Shown here: piece after piece, positions 1 through 9,672 of the stretch
Layout of the letters: the number at the start of each line of letters is the position of its first letter
Numbering within the stretch: position 1 is the first letter of the stretch
Source: Thalia democratica
Taxonomy: Eukaryota
Direction: 5' to 3'
Length of the DNA stretch: 64,000 bases
Assembly (NCBI GenBank): GCA_965202585.1
Contig: CBDBBG010000042.1
Coordinates: forward strand, 1 to 64,000
Position numbers and translations under genes: made by a program
Notes under the pieces: generated by a model
Databases searched by the model: none
Told to the model about the DNA's origin: nothing
The model's input: only the letters and a program-made list of their open reading frames with translations

Positions 1-125
1 AATCAAGTGGTTGGGTTTATAATTTGAAATAGTCTTATAATATAATATAACACTGTAATATATGTTTAGCTTACGTTATTGAATAAAGTTTATAATTTAT
101 TTTAGTATCAAATGTTTTTTTTTAG

Positions 126-183
126 GGAAAACCCCATCACGTGCTGACTGACATCGAAGAAAACTCAGTGGCTGATAAATCAG
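126..183 (+). CDS. PDZ gene exon (first PDZ seen, partial): GKPHHVLTDIEENSVADKSG
   Basis: tttag acceptor 124-125, donor gtatta, open frame joins next exon. Confidence 0.85.
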
Positions 184-3100
184 GTATTAAAGTTTAAATA
201 AAAGATTAACCTTTGATCAAATATATAAACTTCTGTATTAAATTACAGAAAATATTTTTTATTACAAACAAATTACAAAATGTTAAACATTACAATAGTT
301 TATTAAGCTGATAAATCAGGTAAGTAATCAAATAAAAATTAAAGCTTTTTGTTAAGAAATAAAATAAGAAATTATAAAATTACAGTTTTGGCCAAGAAAT
401 AAATTATGATATAAGTCAAATATTTAGAATAAACGAATAACAGTTGATTAAACTATATTAAAATTAATAAAGAGTCAGGTATAAATAATGAACATATTTT
501 CAAATAAATGCGTTAAATCTAAAAAATTACCAAAATACAGGAATCAAGAATAACGAGGTACTGGCTTCTGTCAATGGACACAGTGTTACGAAAGCTACGC
601 ATAAAGAATGTGTTGATAAAATTAAGTTGGTTTTGATATGGTATTATGTTTGGATGTAAAGTTTTAACGAAATATTATTTTTGAGAAAAAAAAATTATAA
701 GATAGTACGAACTTCTAATTCAACTTATAAAACAAAAAGCATGCATATACTGGTTTATTAATTACTTTAATAAAATATTTTGGTGTAACTTTTAAACTTA
801 AGGCTTTAATAAAAAAAACAAATTATACTTACATCCAAGTCTTGTCTTATAAAACAATTAAAAGGTTTAAAAATAACAAAACAAAAACTTTTTAACAAAA
901 CCGATGAAAAATAACGAAAATTAATAGTAAAAGTATTTTAAGAAAAACATTAAATATTAATCAAAAAAAAAAAAATTGCTACAAACAAGAGTTACAAATA
1001 AAACTTATATAGTTTAAAATAGATTTTGATACAAATAAAAAAACTATTTTACTTAAACTTCAACTTTTTCAGGGAATCAGGAAACTCGGTATCCCTGACA
1101 GTAGGATCCATGTCTACAATGGACACCTTCTACAAACTCAACATCGAAGTAAACGACGAGTTTATTGACAGCTGGCCGGAAGAAACATGTTTCAGCAAAA
1201 TTGACATCGGAGATTTTGTTTCCGCTAGAAGCGCTGCTAGCAACGATGACAAAGAGGTTCGAGTGTTGTTACTAAAAATACCCATGAGTTTTTTTTTTTC
1301 TTTAAATATCAGTAATGCTATATTAATTTTAAGTATTACTAAAAAACATATACATTTAAACAATTACTTAAGTAGAAAGTTTTACTAAATAGAAAATTGT
1401 AAGTTTTTGCTTAAATTCGTCAAAGCTTCATTAACTTTAGTAATTACAGATGTAATGAATTCCTTAGTGGTTAAATATTTTTATTTAGTATTTTGGCATA
1501 GCCACTACAGCAAAACACTACTTTTATAAAATACATCTTTTTGATGTTACGAATTGTATCAAACAGCTAATATGCTTATTTCTACTATAAATTATTCACC
1601 CAGTACATCAAAAATTTTTAATATGTTAATTTATGCATTTCTGTTTAAGGAACACCTACCCCGTTTGTGCCACCTGGTGAAGGACCAACACTCCTACTCC
1701 TTCTACCTGAGAGACGAGGAAGGTGTGCACGTATTAGAGCAAGTTGAGGAGGAGGGATCCGCTTACAAGGCCGGAGTGAGGGAGGGTGACGTCATAATCG
1801 AAGTTAACGGGGTGAACGTTCTGGAGGAGAGCCACGACGAGGTTTGTGTGACGTCATATTTTTTGTGCCATGCTGGTTATTAAAGATAATTATCTAAGTA
1901 AAAGTACATTTAGATTTTCACTATATTGTATATTGGGGTTTGTAAGATATATAAAAAAATATACAGTTATAGTGATATTCTAATTTATAGAGAAGTATAC
2001 TGTATACCATAATAAAAATTAACAAGACTAAGTATTAAGTTATAAGTTAGTTTTCATTGTTATATTAAGTTGATAATAAAGTTTTATATATATCTTTTAT
2101 CTTTTTTGTAAGTAATTAATACAAACAGTCTTAACTAGCTTTTTATCTTTTAGTACATTCTAACAGTTTTCGAGAAAAAATGTAAAACTTTACATAATAG
2201 ATTTTGTAAAAGTTAAAAGCTACTGATTTTTAAGTTTTTCTTTAAGATATTAGTATGAAATAAATGTGTAAGTCTTTGAACTACTTAAAGCTATGGCATT
2301 TACAAAACATTATTCTGGTAAATATGAAAAAGCTAAAATCATTTGAAATGTTGAAAAGTATTTGATTTTTAAAACAATTGCATTTCATTAGTTGAAAGAA
2401 AATATTTAAAGTCACAAAGTTCAACATTATAAATCAAATGCAAACAACAAATTTACTGTAATTTATTATGAAAGGTATTATTGCAAAAACACACCTTAAA
2501 TCAATTAATTATTGTTTGTAATGTAAACAATAGTTTTTGTTATTTTTGTTATAAATATGAAATAATTTTAGTTTAGTCTTAGTTGTTTTCTTTACTTTTG
2601 CATTAAATTCTTATAAAATGCTTTTTTTTTTAAACACATTCTTGTGAAGTTTGTTTTTAATTTTTAATTTTAATTTTTAGCTCATTAAATACTAAGTTGT
2701 GCTAAGTCAAGAATAATAGCTTTATAATTTTGAACTAGTGAACTATTTGAATCCTAACAACAAAAACAGCTATTAAAATATAGGTATATAAATATAACAG
2801 CTATATATACTATCAAAATTTTTTACTTTGTAACATAAATAATGACTTTTCAACTAAGTCGTTTAAATTAAAGTTTTATTTTTATAACATTACCTTTATA
2901 TTGATTAAAGCCCGATCAATTTGTAATTAAGATACCATGTTTATCTTGAAAATGTTAAACTTTAGTTGTTTTTTATTTTGCAATGAAAAATATGAACACA
3001 ACATATAATTTTAAAATAAACACAAAAAGAATATTATGTTGTAGGTAGTAACAAGAATACGCGAAAAGAAGGACAATGTAACATTCTTAGTAGCAGATGA

Positions 3101-6100
3101 AAAAACAAGAAATCACTTTAAAGCTAAAGGAATTGTTATCACTGCTGCATTGTTGAAACATAAAGTTGAAGGTAAATACTAATGCGAATAATTTTTTTAT
3201 GTTTAAATGTAAATTAATGTAATAAATGACTGTTAAAATCTAAATTATAGAAAAATTTAAAAGTTGGCACAAAAGTTTGGCTTATTTTTAATAAGTGCTT
3301 TACCAGACTAAAAAACGTTTAATTATCGATCATTAGTACAACACGTCCTAATTTCCAAAAAAAAAAAGATTTTTTAATAAAGTTGAAGTAAAACCGTGTA
3401 AATGTAGTAAAAAGTACATCAAAAACTTTTAAAGACATTTTATAAATTGCACGGTAGTTGTGATGTACTGTATAAGTAAAAAATTTATTTATAAAAAACA
3501 TAAGACATCAGTAAACAAAGCTTGAAAATGTAAAGTACATGAAAATTCCAAGGACGTACAAACTTTTACTAGATTTTATGAAAAATTAATACAAATAATT
3601 AGTGATCGTAAAAACTATAAAGCATGCAGCAAAGCCGCATAAATTGTTTTTTTACGATAGTATAAAGTAGTAATGTTCTCACGTAATTTTCATTGAAATA
3701 TGTTTCAAAAAATTTAAAATTTAGTCGTGTTACTTTCTTTAAACAGAACTCATGAGATAATAACAAAGAAGTCTGTACTACACAACTATACAATGTTTTC
3801 AAAATGTTGATGGTTAAAAAACAACATCAAAATAGGCAACAAAAAATAATTATCTAAAAACTGCTTTATTTGCTTGTTACAAGCTAATTAATGTTTTTCC
3901 TATCGAGCTAGTTTTAAAACAGTTTTAAATAAGTGTTTTTTCGCATTACAATCCAAACAATCTTTGTTATGACGTCACAGAAGCTTTACAAGCACCATCA
4001 TCAGACGATCAACCGAAGCCTCGCTACTGCCACCTGGTGAAGGACAGGACTTTCGGTTTCCACCTGACAAATGACCAGAACTGCGACAGACCCGGGCAGT
4101 ACGTCAGACAGGTGGCCGAAGGGGGCGTGGCTGAAGTTGCCGGTATCAAGGAAGGTTGGTATTATGACGTAATAATAAGAATAAGGATATTGTAGTTTTA
4201 AGTATTTGTAGTAGCGTGGGTAAAGGAAGTTTAGTATATTATTACGTAGTGGTTTTTAGTGAGATAGGAAGGTTGCAGAAGGTAGTGTAGCTGATATTGC
4301 TGGTGTTGAAAAAGGTAGGTATTATGACTTCAAAGTATAGCTGTTAGTGATATGATTAGAACTGAATGCTAGGTAGAGCTGGTATAACTTGGATTTACGA
4401 AATTAGTAGTTACTAAGACGTATCAATAGTTAGTTTGTCTTAGTTACTCAAGCAGGAGAGAGGCGCTGCTGACATGGCTAGGGTAAAGGAAGGTGATTGT
4501 ACTGATAATTAATAAAAATAAGTGCATAAGTTAAATGACTAAAGTTAGTTTGCTTGTTTTGCTGAAGTTAAGGAAGGTAAGTAGTAATGAGCTGTTAGTT
4601 TCGGTTGCTATAATACCTCTTATTTTTCTTGATTTAAGTTTTTGTTATTATTATTAAATAATAAGGTATAAAATTTTGTTTCAATAATTTTTGTACCGTT
4701 AAAAGTTATCTTAGTATAATTAGTCGCAAAGGGCAGTAGCAGATATGATCAAAGGATCAAAGAAGGTTAATGTTTGTGACTTAGTATCTAAAATATTTTT
4801 CGGACTAAAAAGTAAACAAATCTAGTAAGTACACCAGACTTGAAAAAACCTCTGAGCAAATTAATCTAATTTATAATTGTAGTTAAAAATAGTTGCAAGG
4901 CTAGTTTGATAATAAAAGTAATTATAGGGTCGTTGCTTAGATTTAGGAAGCTTAGTTGACAATAACAGGTGAGTTTTTAGTTAAGGTTAGATAAAAGTAT
5001 GACAGTTTTTTTTTGTGATCCTTTTGTTAAACTTTAAGGTAATAACTTTAATATTGTTTCAGTTTAAATTTAGAAGTAGTTTTGACGCAACAAAACAAAA
5101 ACTCAAACATTTTTAAAACTAACAGGTGACCGTATAATTGAGATAAACTCAACTAACATTGAAGAGAAGAATCATCAAGAAGTAGTTGCAATGATTGTTG
5201 CCAGCGGTAAGGAGGTAAGTGTGTTTTAGCTTAATATTTTTTTATGATCAAAGTTTTCAACTTTTTGTGCAAAGATAATCGACTTAAACAGCTTTTACCA
5301 TAATATATATACTAATCTGCTTAAAAAGTGTTTAAGGTCTTATAAAGTAGTCAACATTAACTTGTTTTTTATATTAATGATAGACTTTGTAACATTGTTG
5401 ATAAATATTCAGTTTATTTTAGTGTCGTTACAACTCTGATTGAAGTACCTCTTTTCACAGGTGAACTTCCTAGTAGTTGATGAAGAAACTGATCTTCATT
5501 ACAAGAACCTGAAAGTTCCAATCACAATGAGTTTTGCTGACCGCAGTCGCTATGACCCCTGCTGAAGGTTTGACACTCAAGTTAAAGTTAATGTACTAAA
5601 TACTATAAAAAAAAGTTTTCAAGATTTAACAAAAAAAACATTTTTTTTGTTGTTTCCATAATATTGGAGAGTGTGTAAATAAATGTTTATTATAAGTATT
5701 TGATTCTTTATTGAGATACAAAAATGGTTCAAGTATTGTACCGCTTGATAGCATCACTTGATCAGCTATTTTTTTATAATCAAACAATTACAAAACAGAC
5801 GACAAGCAATCAGTGGCATCAGAGAAAGCCTCAGTAACTGAATCAGTACACTCAGTAGAAGTACACGCAGAGCCTGAAAAAGTTTGTTAAAAATTTTTCA
5901 ATTTTTTGAAGCAAGTTAAAACGTAAAACTTTTAATATCTTAATAACTTTGCCTAAAATTCAAAGCATCCTTGTGATCTATTTTGTTCAGTTTGTATTTT
6001 TTTAAAGCTTTATCAAAGACTAGATTTGTTTAAAACACATTAGGTTGTAATGTAGCTCTACACTGAGATTTTGTTTGTTGAAACTAAAACGAGCTACACA

Positions 6101-9100
6101 GCTCATTATTCAACTTTGAATACTCATTATAAGCTGCTAGTTACCGCGTGTCTTGTGTGAAGTTTGCTTTTTAACTTCACAGCCGGAGATAGTAGTCGAC
6201 GAACCGGCGGAAGACAAGGAAGACTCTGACAAGGAGGAAGACTCACCGCTCAGGGAGGCAGCTGAAGATCTGGCGGCGGTGGCAGTGTTGAAGGAGGTGA
6301 TCGATCAGGAAGAAGAGGAAGAGGTTGTAGAAGAAGCCGTTGAGGAGCTGAAAGAGGAAATACAGGAGAGGATCGAAGAAGAGTTGGAAGACAAGGTGAG
6401 AGTTTTTTCGGCAAAAGTAGCAACCGTGATTGTGTATAATCTATATAGTGTATAGCAGTAAAATAAAGTTTTTTGATATAAAACAGTGTTGCTCTTACAA
6501 GCTCACAACTGTGCGTGATTTTTGAAAAGCTTTAGAATCACCGAAAACTAAAAACAACAAAAAATTACGCAGGTTGGTGAAGAGGCCGCTGAAGAGATCG
6601 CGGAAAAAGCAGCTGAGGAAATCGTTGAAGAAATGGTCGAGGAAGCTAAGGAAGAGGCCAAAGAAGAGGCAGTCGAAGAAGTCCTCGAAGAGATGAGGGA
6701 AGAGGCGAGAGAAGAAATTGCTGAGGAAATTAGAGAGGAAATCAAAGAGGAGATTAAAGATGAGATCCGTGAAGAAATTCGTGAGGAGGTTAGTTGTTAT
6801 TTGTTTTTTTTTGTATGTCTTAAATAACTTTGTAAACTTCTGATGCTTTAACACAAAAATACTTTATGCTGTAAACAAATTAGCAAGTTTAGTTTTCAGT
6901 TTGCATTCAGAAGTAAAATTAAATCTACTTTTAAATATTTTAGAGTCCTTAGAGAACTCTTCTTAGACGATCTTTATCAAATAAAAATCCCATTTTACCA
7001 AAACATGAACACAACTTCCAGATCATTGAAGACGTCGTGGAGAATGCTTACGAGGACGCCATCGAAGAAAAACGAGAGAGTGAGGAGGAAATGCGAGAGA
7101 GGCTGAAGGAAGAGCTGAAAGAGCAAATGAGAGAGGAAGAAGAACAGCGATTGAGAGAGGAAGAAGAGACGAAAGCGAGAGAGGAGGAAGAGAGGAAAGC
7201 GAGAGAAGAGGAAGAGAGGAAAGCGAGAGAGGAGAAAGAATCCCAGGAAGAGATGATGGCGAGGATCAGGGAAGAAGTCAGGAAGGAAATGGAAGGTTGG
7301 TTGTGAAAAAAAAAAGGTTTTTAAATCAAATTTGCAGTGATTTTGTTTAAAAGCAGGGCTGTTGTATGGCTTTCTTAGATGTAGCGGTTCTAAAATTTTA
7401 ATATTTTGTACTTAATTTGTTACGACTAAATGCATGACATTCTTAGTGTGAGAAACCGTAGAAATCACAAACGCTATTGTACATAGTTGCAAGGTCTACT
7501 GAACAAAAAAAAAACATCTTTAAAAGTTTTTATTTTTGTGTTCATTAGGGCGTGTATTTTTTATGCTCAGTAAAACGAAAGATTGTGTGGAGATTACAAT
7601 AAGTTTTTCTTGCATGTTTCATGTTGTGTTGAGAATTTTTAAACATAAAGTTTGAAATGTCTTAAGTAAATTTGCAAAATCTTAAAGATAAAATTTAATT
7701 TGAAAGTTTTAGAAGTTAGATTTGTGCACTTGTTTTAAAACTTTTTGAATAAATCTTGAATACAACTTTAGTTCAAACTAGCTGCATGAAAATACGTCTT
7801 TATTTAATCTTGTTTCAATTCAATTACTTAATACAGTGATGTATATCTCTTATTTAGAATGAACAGCATGTTTTATAAATGCGAGCTGTTCATTTGTGAC
7901 TTATGTTGATTTCAAACTCAATTATTTTAAAATTGATCGTATTGTTACCACACTTTTCAAAAAAAAACTTTAATTAATTTGATTAATTCTTTACAATAAT
8001 CAACTTCAAGTTTACTGTAAATATTTTAATTTAAATAAAAAAGATTAGTCTAATCAAGAATATTAAGTGAAAATAATCGATAAGCAATTAGTTTTGCCAA
8101 TTATCAGAAAGTAATTATAGCATGTATGATTCAAACATCTACTACTCCATAAGATCTAAAACATAAAAACTTAAGCTATTTAAAAATACTTTTGTATTAA
8201 AGTCTTTTTTACTTAACAACTGATTTTTTCATAGCTATAAACGCTTAATAATGCCTCAATTAAATACAAATTTTTGAAAATACATTCTAGTTTAGATATA
8301 CATTAGTTTAATTTTTAAATAGTGCAAAGTTGTTCAGTAAACTTTTTTGACTTTTTGTTTAGCGACTTTTATTCGTCATTACAACACATTAAGGTTGGTG
8401 TGAAAATTATTTGAAATTAATTTATAGATTTGGCAGTTAGAATTAAGAAAGAAATTTCCGAGTTACAGAATAATTCGTCATATCCTTCACATTTACTCAT
8501 TAAAATGAATATAGCCGGTTTGTAATTTTATCTTGAAAATATTAAACGTAATCTAACAAATCAATTAAATTACTTAAATTCAGAAAAAATAACATAAAAG
8601 CATCCATATTGAAAGTGGTTTGAACTTTTTCTTACCCTTAGCATAGTTAAAAAAATATTTTAAAAAGAATTTAAAAACTCGTTATAACGTAACTACAGAA
8701 AGTTGACACTTTAACACTATTGGATTTTTAGTTGTTTTAAAGGCTTGTAAAATTTATTTCTAGTTTTCTACTAAACTGAAAAATGTCCCCTAAATGCAAA
8801 CTATTTCTCCTAACAGCTGAAAAAGCAGCAGCAGCGATCGCAGCCATCCCAGTGCCCCCATCGCCCACATTGAGCTCAAAATCAACCAACCGTGAAGCTG
8901 CCCCCAGCAACGCAACCAGCAACGCCCCTAGCAACGTGACCACTCCCAGAAAGGAGGAACCCAAGGTGATCCAACCCCAGGTTTCCATCAACGAGGTGAA
9001 ACAGGTGCAGCTGAAACCAGTGAACCGTGTCCAGGAGACCCCGGATCGTCATGACGACCAAGCTGAGGAGGAGAACCCGAGACCCGTGAGGATGTCGGTC

Positions 9101-9672
9101 AGGGACAGGATGGCCATGTTTAACGGAGGCGGAAAACCGAGGTAATTGTAAAAAAGTGATTAATTTTTACACACGAGCTAATCTAAATATTCATTTATAA
9201 ATAAACCAAATTATTGTCACATAAGTATATAATCAGTTTAAAATTTGTACAGCCAAAAATAAAATAAATGAATTGTAATAAAACTATTTCATCGACAATA
9301 ACTCATAACTTATAAAAAGAATAAAACTGAAAAAAAATATCTTGAATTCGGCAAAAACTGTAATTAACTTCTTTTAAAACGCTTATAAGTATAAATTGAA
9401 TATTTAAAAATTAAAACATAATACGTTGTTAAAAGTTTTTGGAAAATTCTTCGAACAAAAAAAAATAATTTTAAATAATCAGGTACACCCCACCAAAAGT
9501 CGATTCCCCCGTGGTCGTCAACGGCAACGTCAACACATTGGAGAAAGTGACGGAGGCTGTCGTCAAGTCGCCTACTGTGACGTCATCAACTAAGAAGAAG
9601 AGACCCTTTACGTTCGCCTCAGCCAATCAGATGAGCTTCAAGATCGTCGAGTCGACGCCCACGATCAATTAA
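126..9672 (+). CDS. Multi-PDZ scaffold, NHERF/PDZK1 family (5' end outside window), spliced gene of 14-15 exons
   Basis: Phase-compatible GT-AG exons translate to PDZ motifs: PRLCHLVKDQHSYSFYL..AGVREGDVIIEVNGVNVLEESHDEVV, PRYCHLVKDRTFGFHL..AGIKEGDRIIEIN, and NHERF-type post-PDZ segments FLVADEKTRNHFK and FLVVDEETDLHYK. One frame break near 5541. Confidence 0.9.
541..625 (+). CDS. PDZ gene exon: GIKNNEVLASVNGHSVTKATHKECVDKIK
   Basis: cag acceptor, donor gttggt, PDZ VNG motif, phases 1 to 2 match neighbours. Confidence 0.85.
1073..1256 (+). CDS. PDZ gene exon: ESGNSVSLTV...DDKE
   Basis: tttttcag acceptor, donor gttcga, inside ORF 1026..1388. Confidence 0.85.
1650..1841 (+). CDS. PDZ gene exon, second PDZ: EHLPRLCHLVKD...EESHDE
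   Basis: Clear PDZ translation inside ORF 1554..1883, donor gtttgt. Confidence 0.92.
3045..3171 (+). CDS. PDZ gene exon: VVTRIREKKDNVTFLVADEKTRNHFKAKGIVITAALLKHKVE
   Basis: tgtag acceptor, donor gtaaat, NHERF-like PDZ C-terminal extension. Confidence 0.9.
3981..4154 (+). CDS. PDZ gene exon, third PDZ: PKPRYCHLVKDRTFGFHL...AGIKEG
   Basis: cacag acceptor, donor gttggt, PDZ motif. Confidence 0.92.
5126..5214 (+). CDS. PDZ gene exon: GDRIIEINSTNIEEKNHQEVVAMIVASGKE
   Basis: ctaacag acceptor, donor gtaagt, PDZ motif. Confidence 0.92.
5461..5567 (+). CDS. PDZ gene exon VNFLVVDEETDLHYKNLKVPITMSFAD..., with apparent +1 frame break near 5541
   Basis: ttttcacag acceptor; as written the frame hits TGA 5563-5565; removing one C gives AVAMTPAE and the phase-1 end needed by the next exon. 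Confidence 0.75.
5799..5881 (+). CDS. PDZ gene exon: DDKQSVASEKASVTESVHSVEVHAEPEK
   Basis: acag acceptor, donor gtttgt, open in phase 1 to 0. Confidence 0.75.
6183..6395 (+). CDS. PDZ gene exon, acidic region
   Basis: cacag acceptor, donor gtgaga, 71 codons, inside ORF 6153..6455. Confidence 0.85.
6573..6788 (+). CDS. PDZ gene exon, Glu-rich helical region
   Basis: cgcag acceptor, donor gttagt, 72 codons. Confidence 0.85.
7022..7295 (+). CDS. PDZ gene exon, ER/K helical region
   Basis: ttccag acceptor, donor gttggt, phase 0 to 1. Confidence 0.85.
7157..7228 (+). repeat. Coding tandem repeat, 3 x 24 bp, EEEE(T/R)KAR
   Basis: gaggaagaagagacgaaagcgaga-like unit three times in frame. Confidence 0.85.
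8428..8517 (+). CDS. Candidate symmetric (phase 1-1) exon DLAVRIKKEISELQNNSSYPSHLLIKMNIA
   Basis: tttatag acceptor, donor gtttgt, 90 bp open frame that continues the preceding helix. Confidence 0.5.
8817..9141 (+). CDS. PDZ gene exon, Ala/Pro/Ser-rich tail ending MSVRDRMAMFNGGGKPR
   Basis: ctaacag acceptor, donor gtaatt, inside ORF 8783..9145. Confidence 0.85.
9483..9672 (+). CDS. PDZ gene last coding exon, ends ...KIVESTPTIN-stop
   Basis: atcag acceptor, phase 2 matches, GC-rich open frame, TAA 9670-9672. Confidence 0.85.

Noticed and set aside
6495-6854. Minus-strand ORFs 6495..6854 and 6548..6745 (Phe/Leu or Ser rich)
   Set aside because: Antisense shadows of the Glu-rich plus-strand exon; GAR repeats lack stops on the other strand.
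8737-8991. Minus-strand hydrophobic ORF resembling a membrane peptide
   Set aside because: Antisense to a GC-rich exon that fits the PDZ gene by phase and splice sites.
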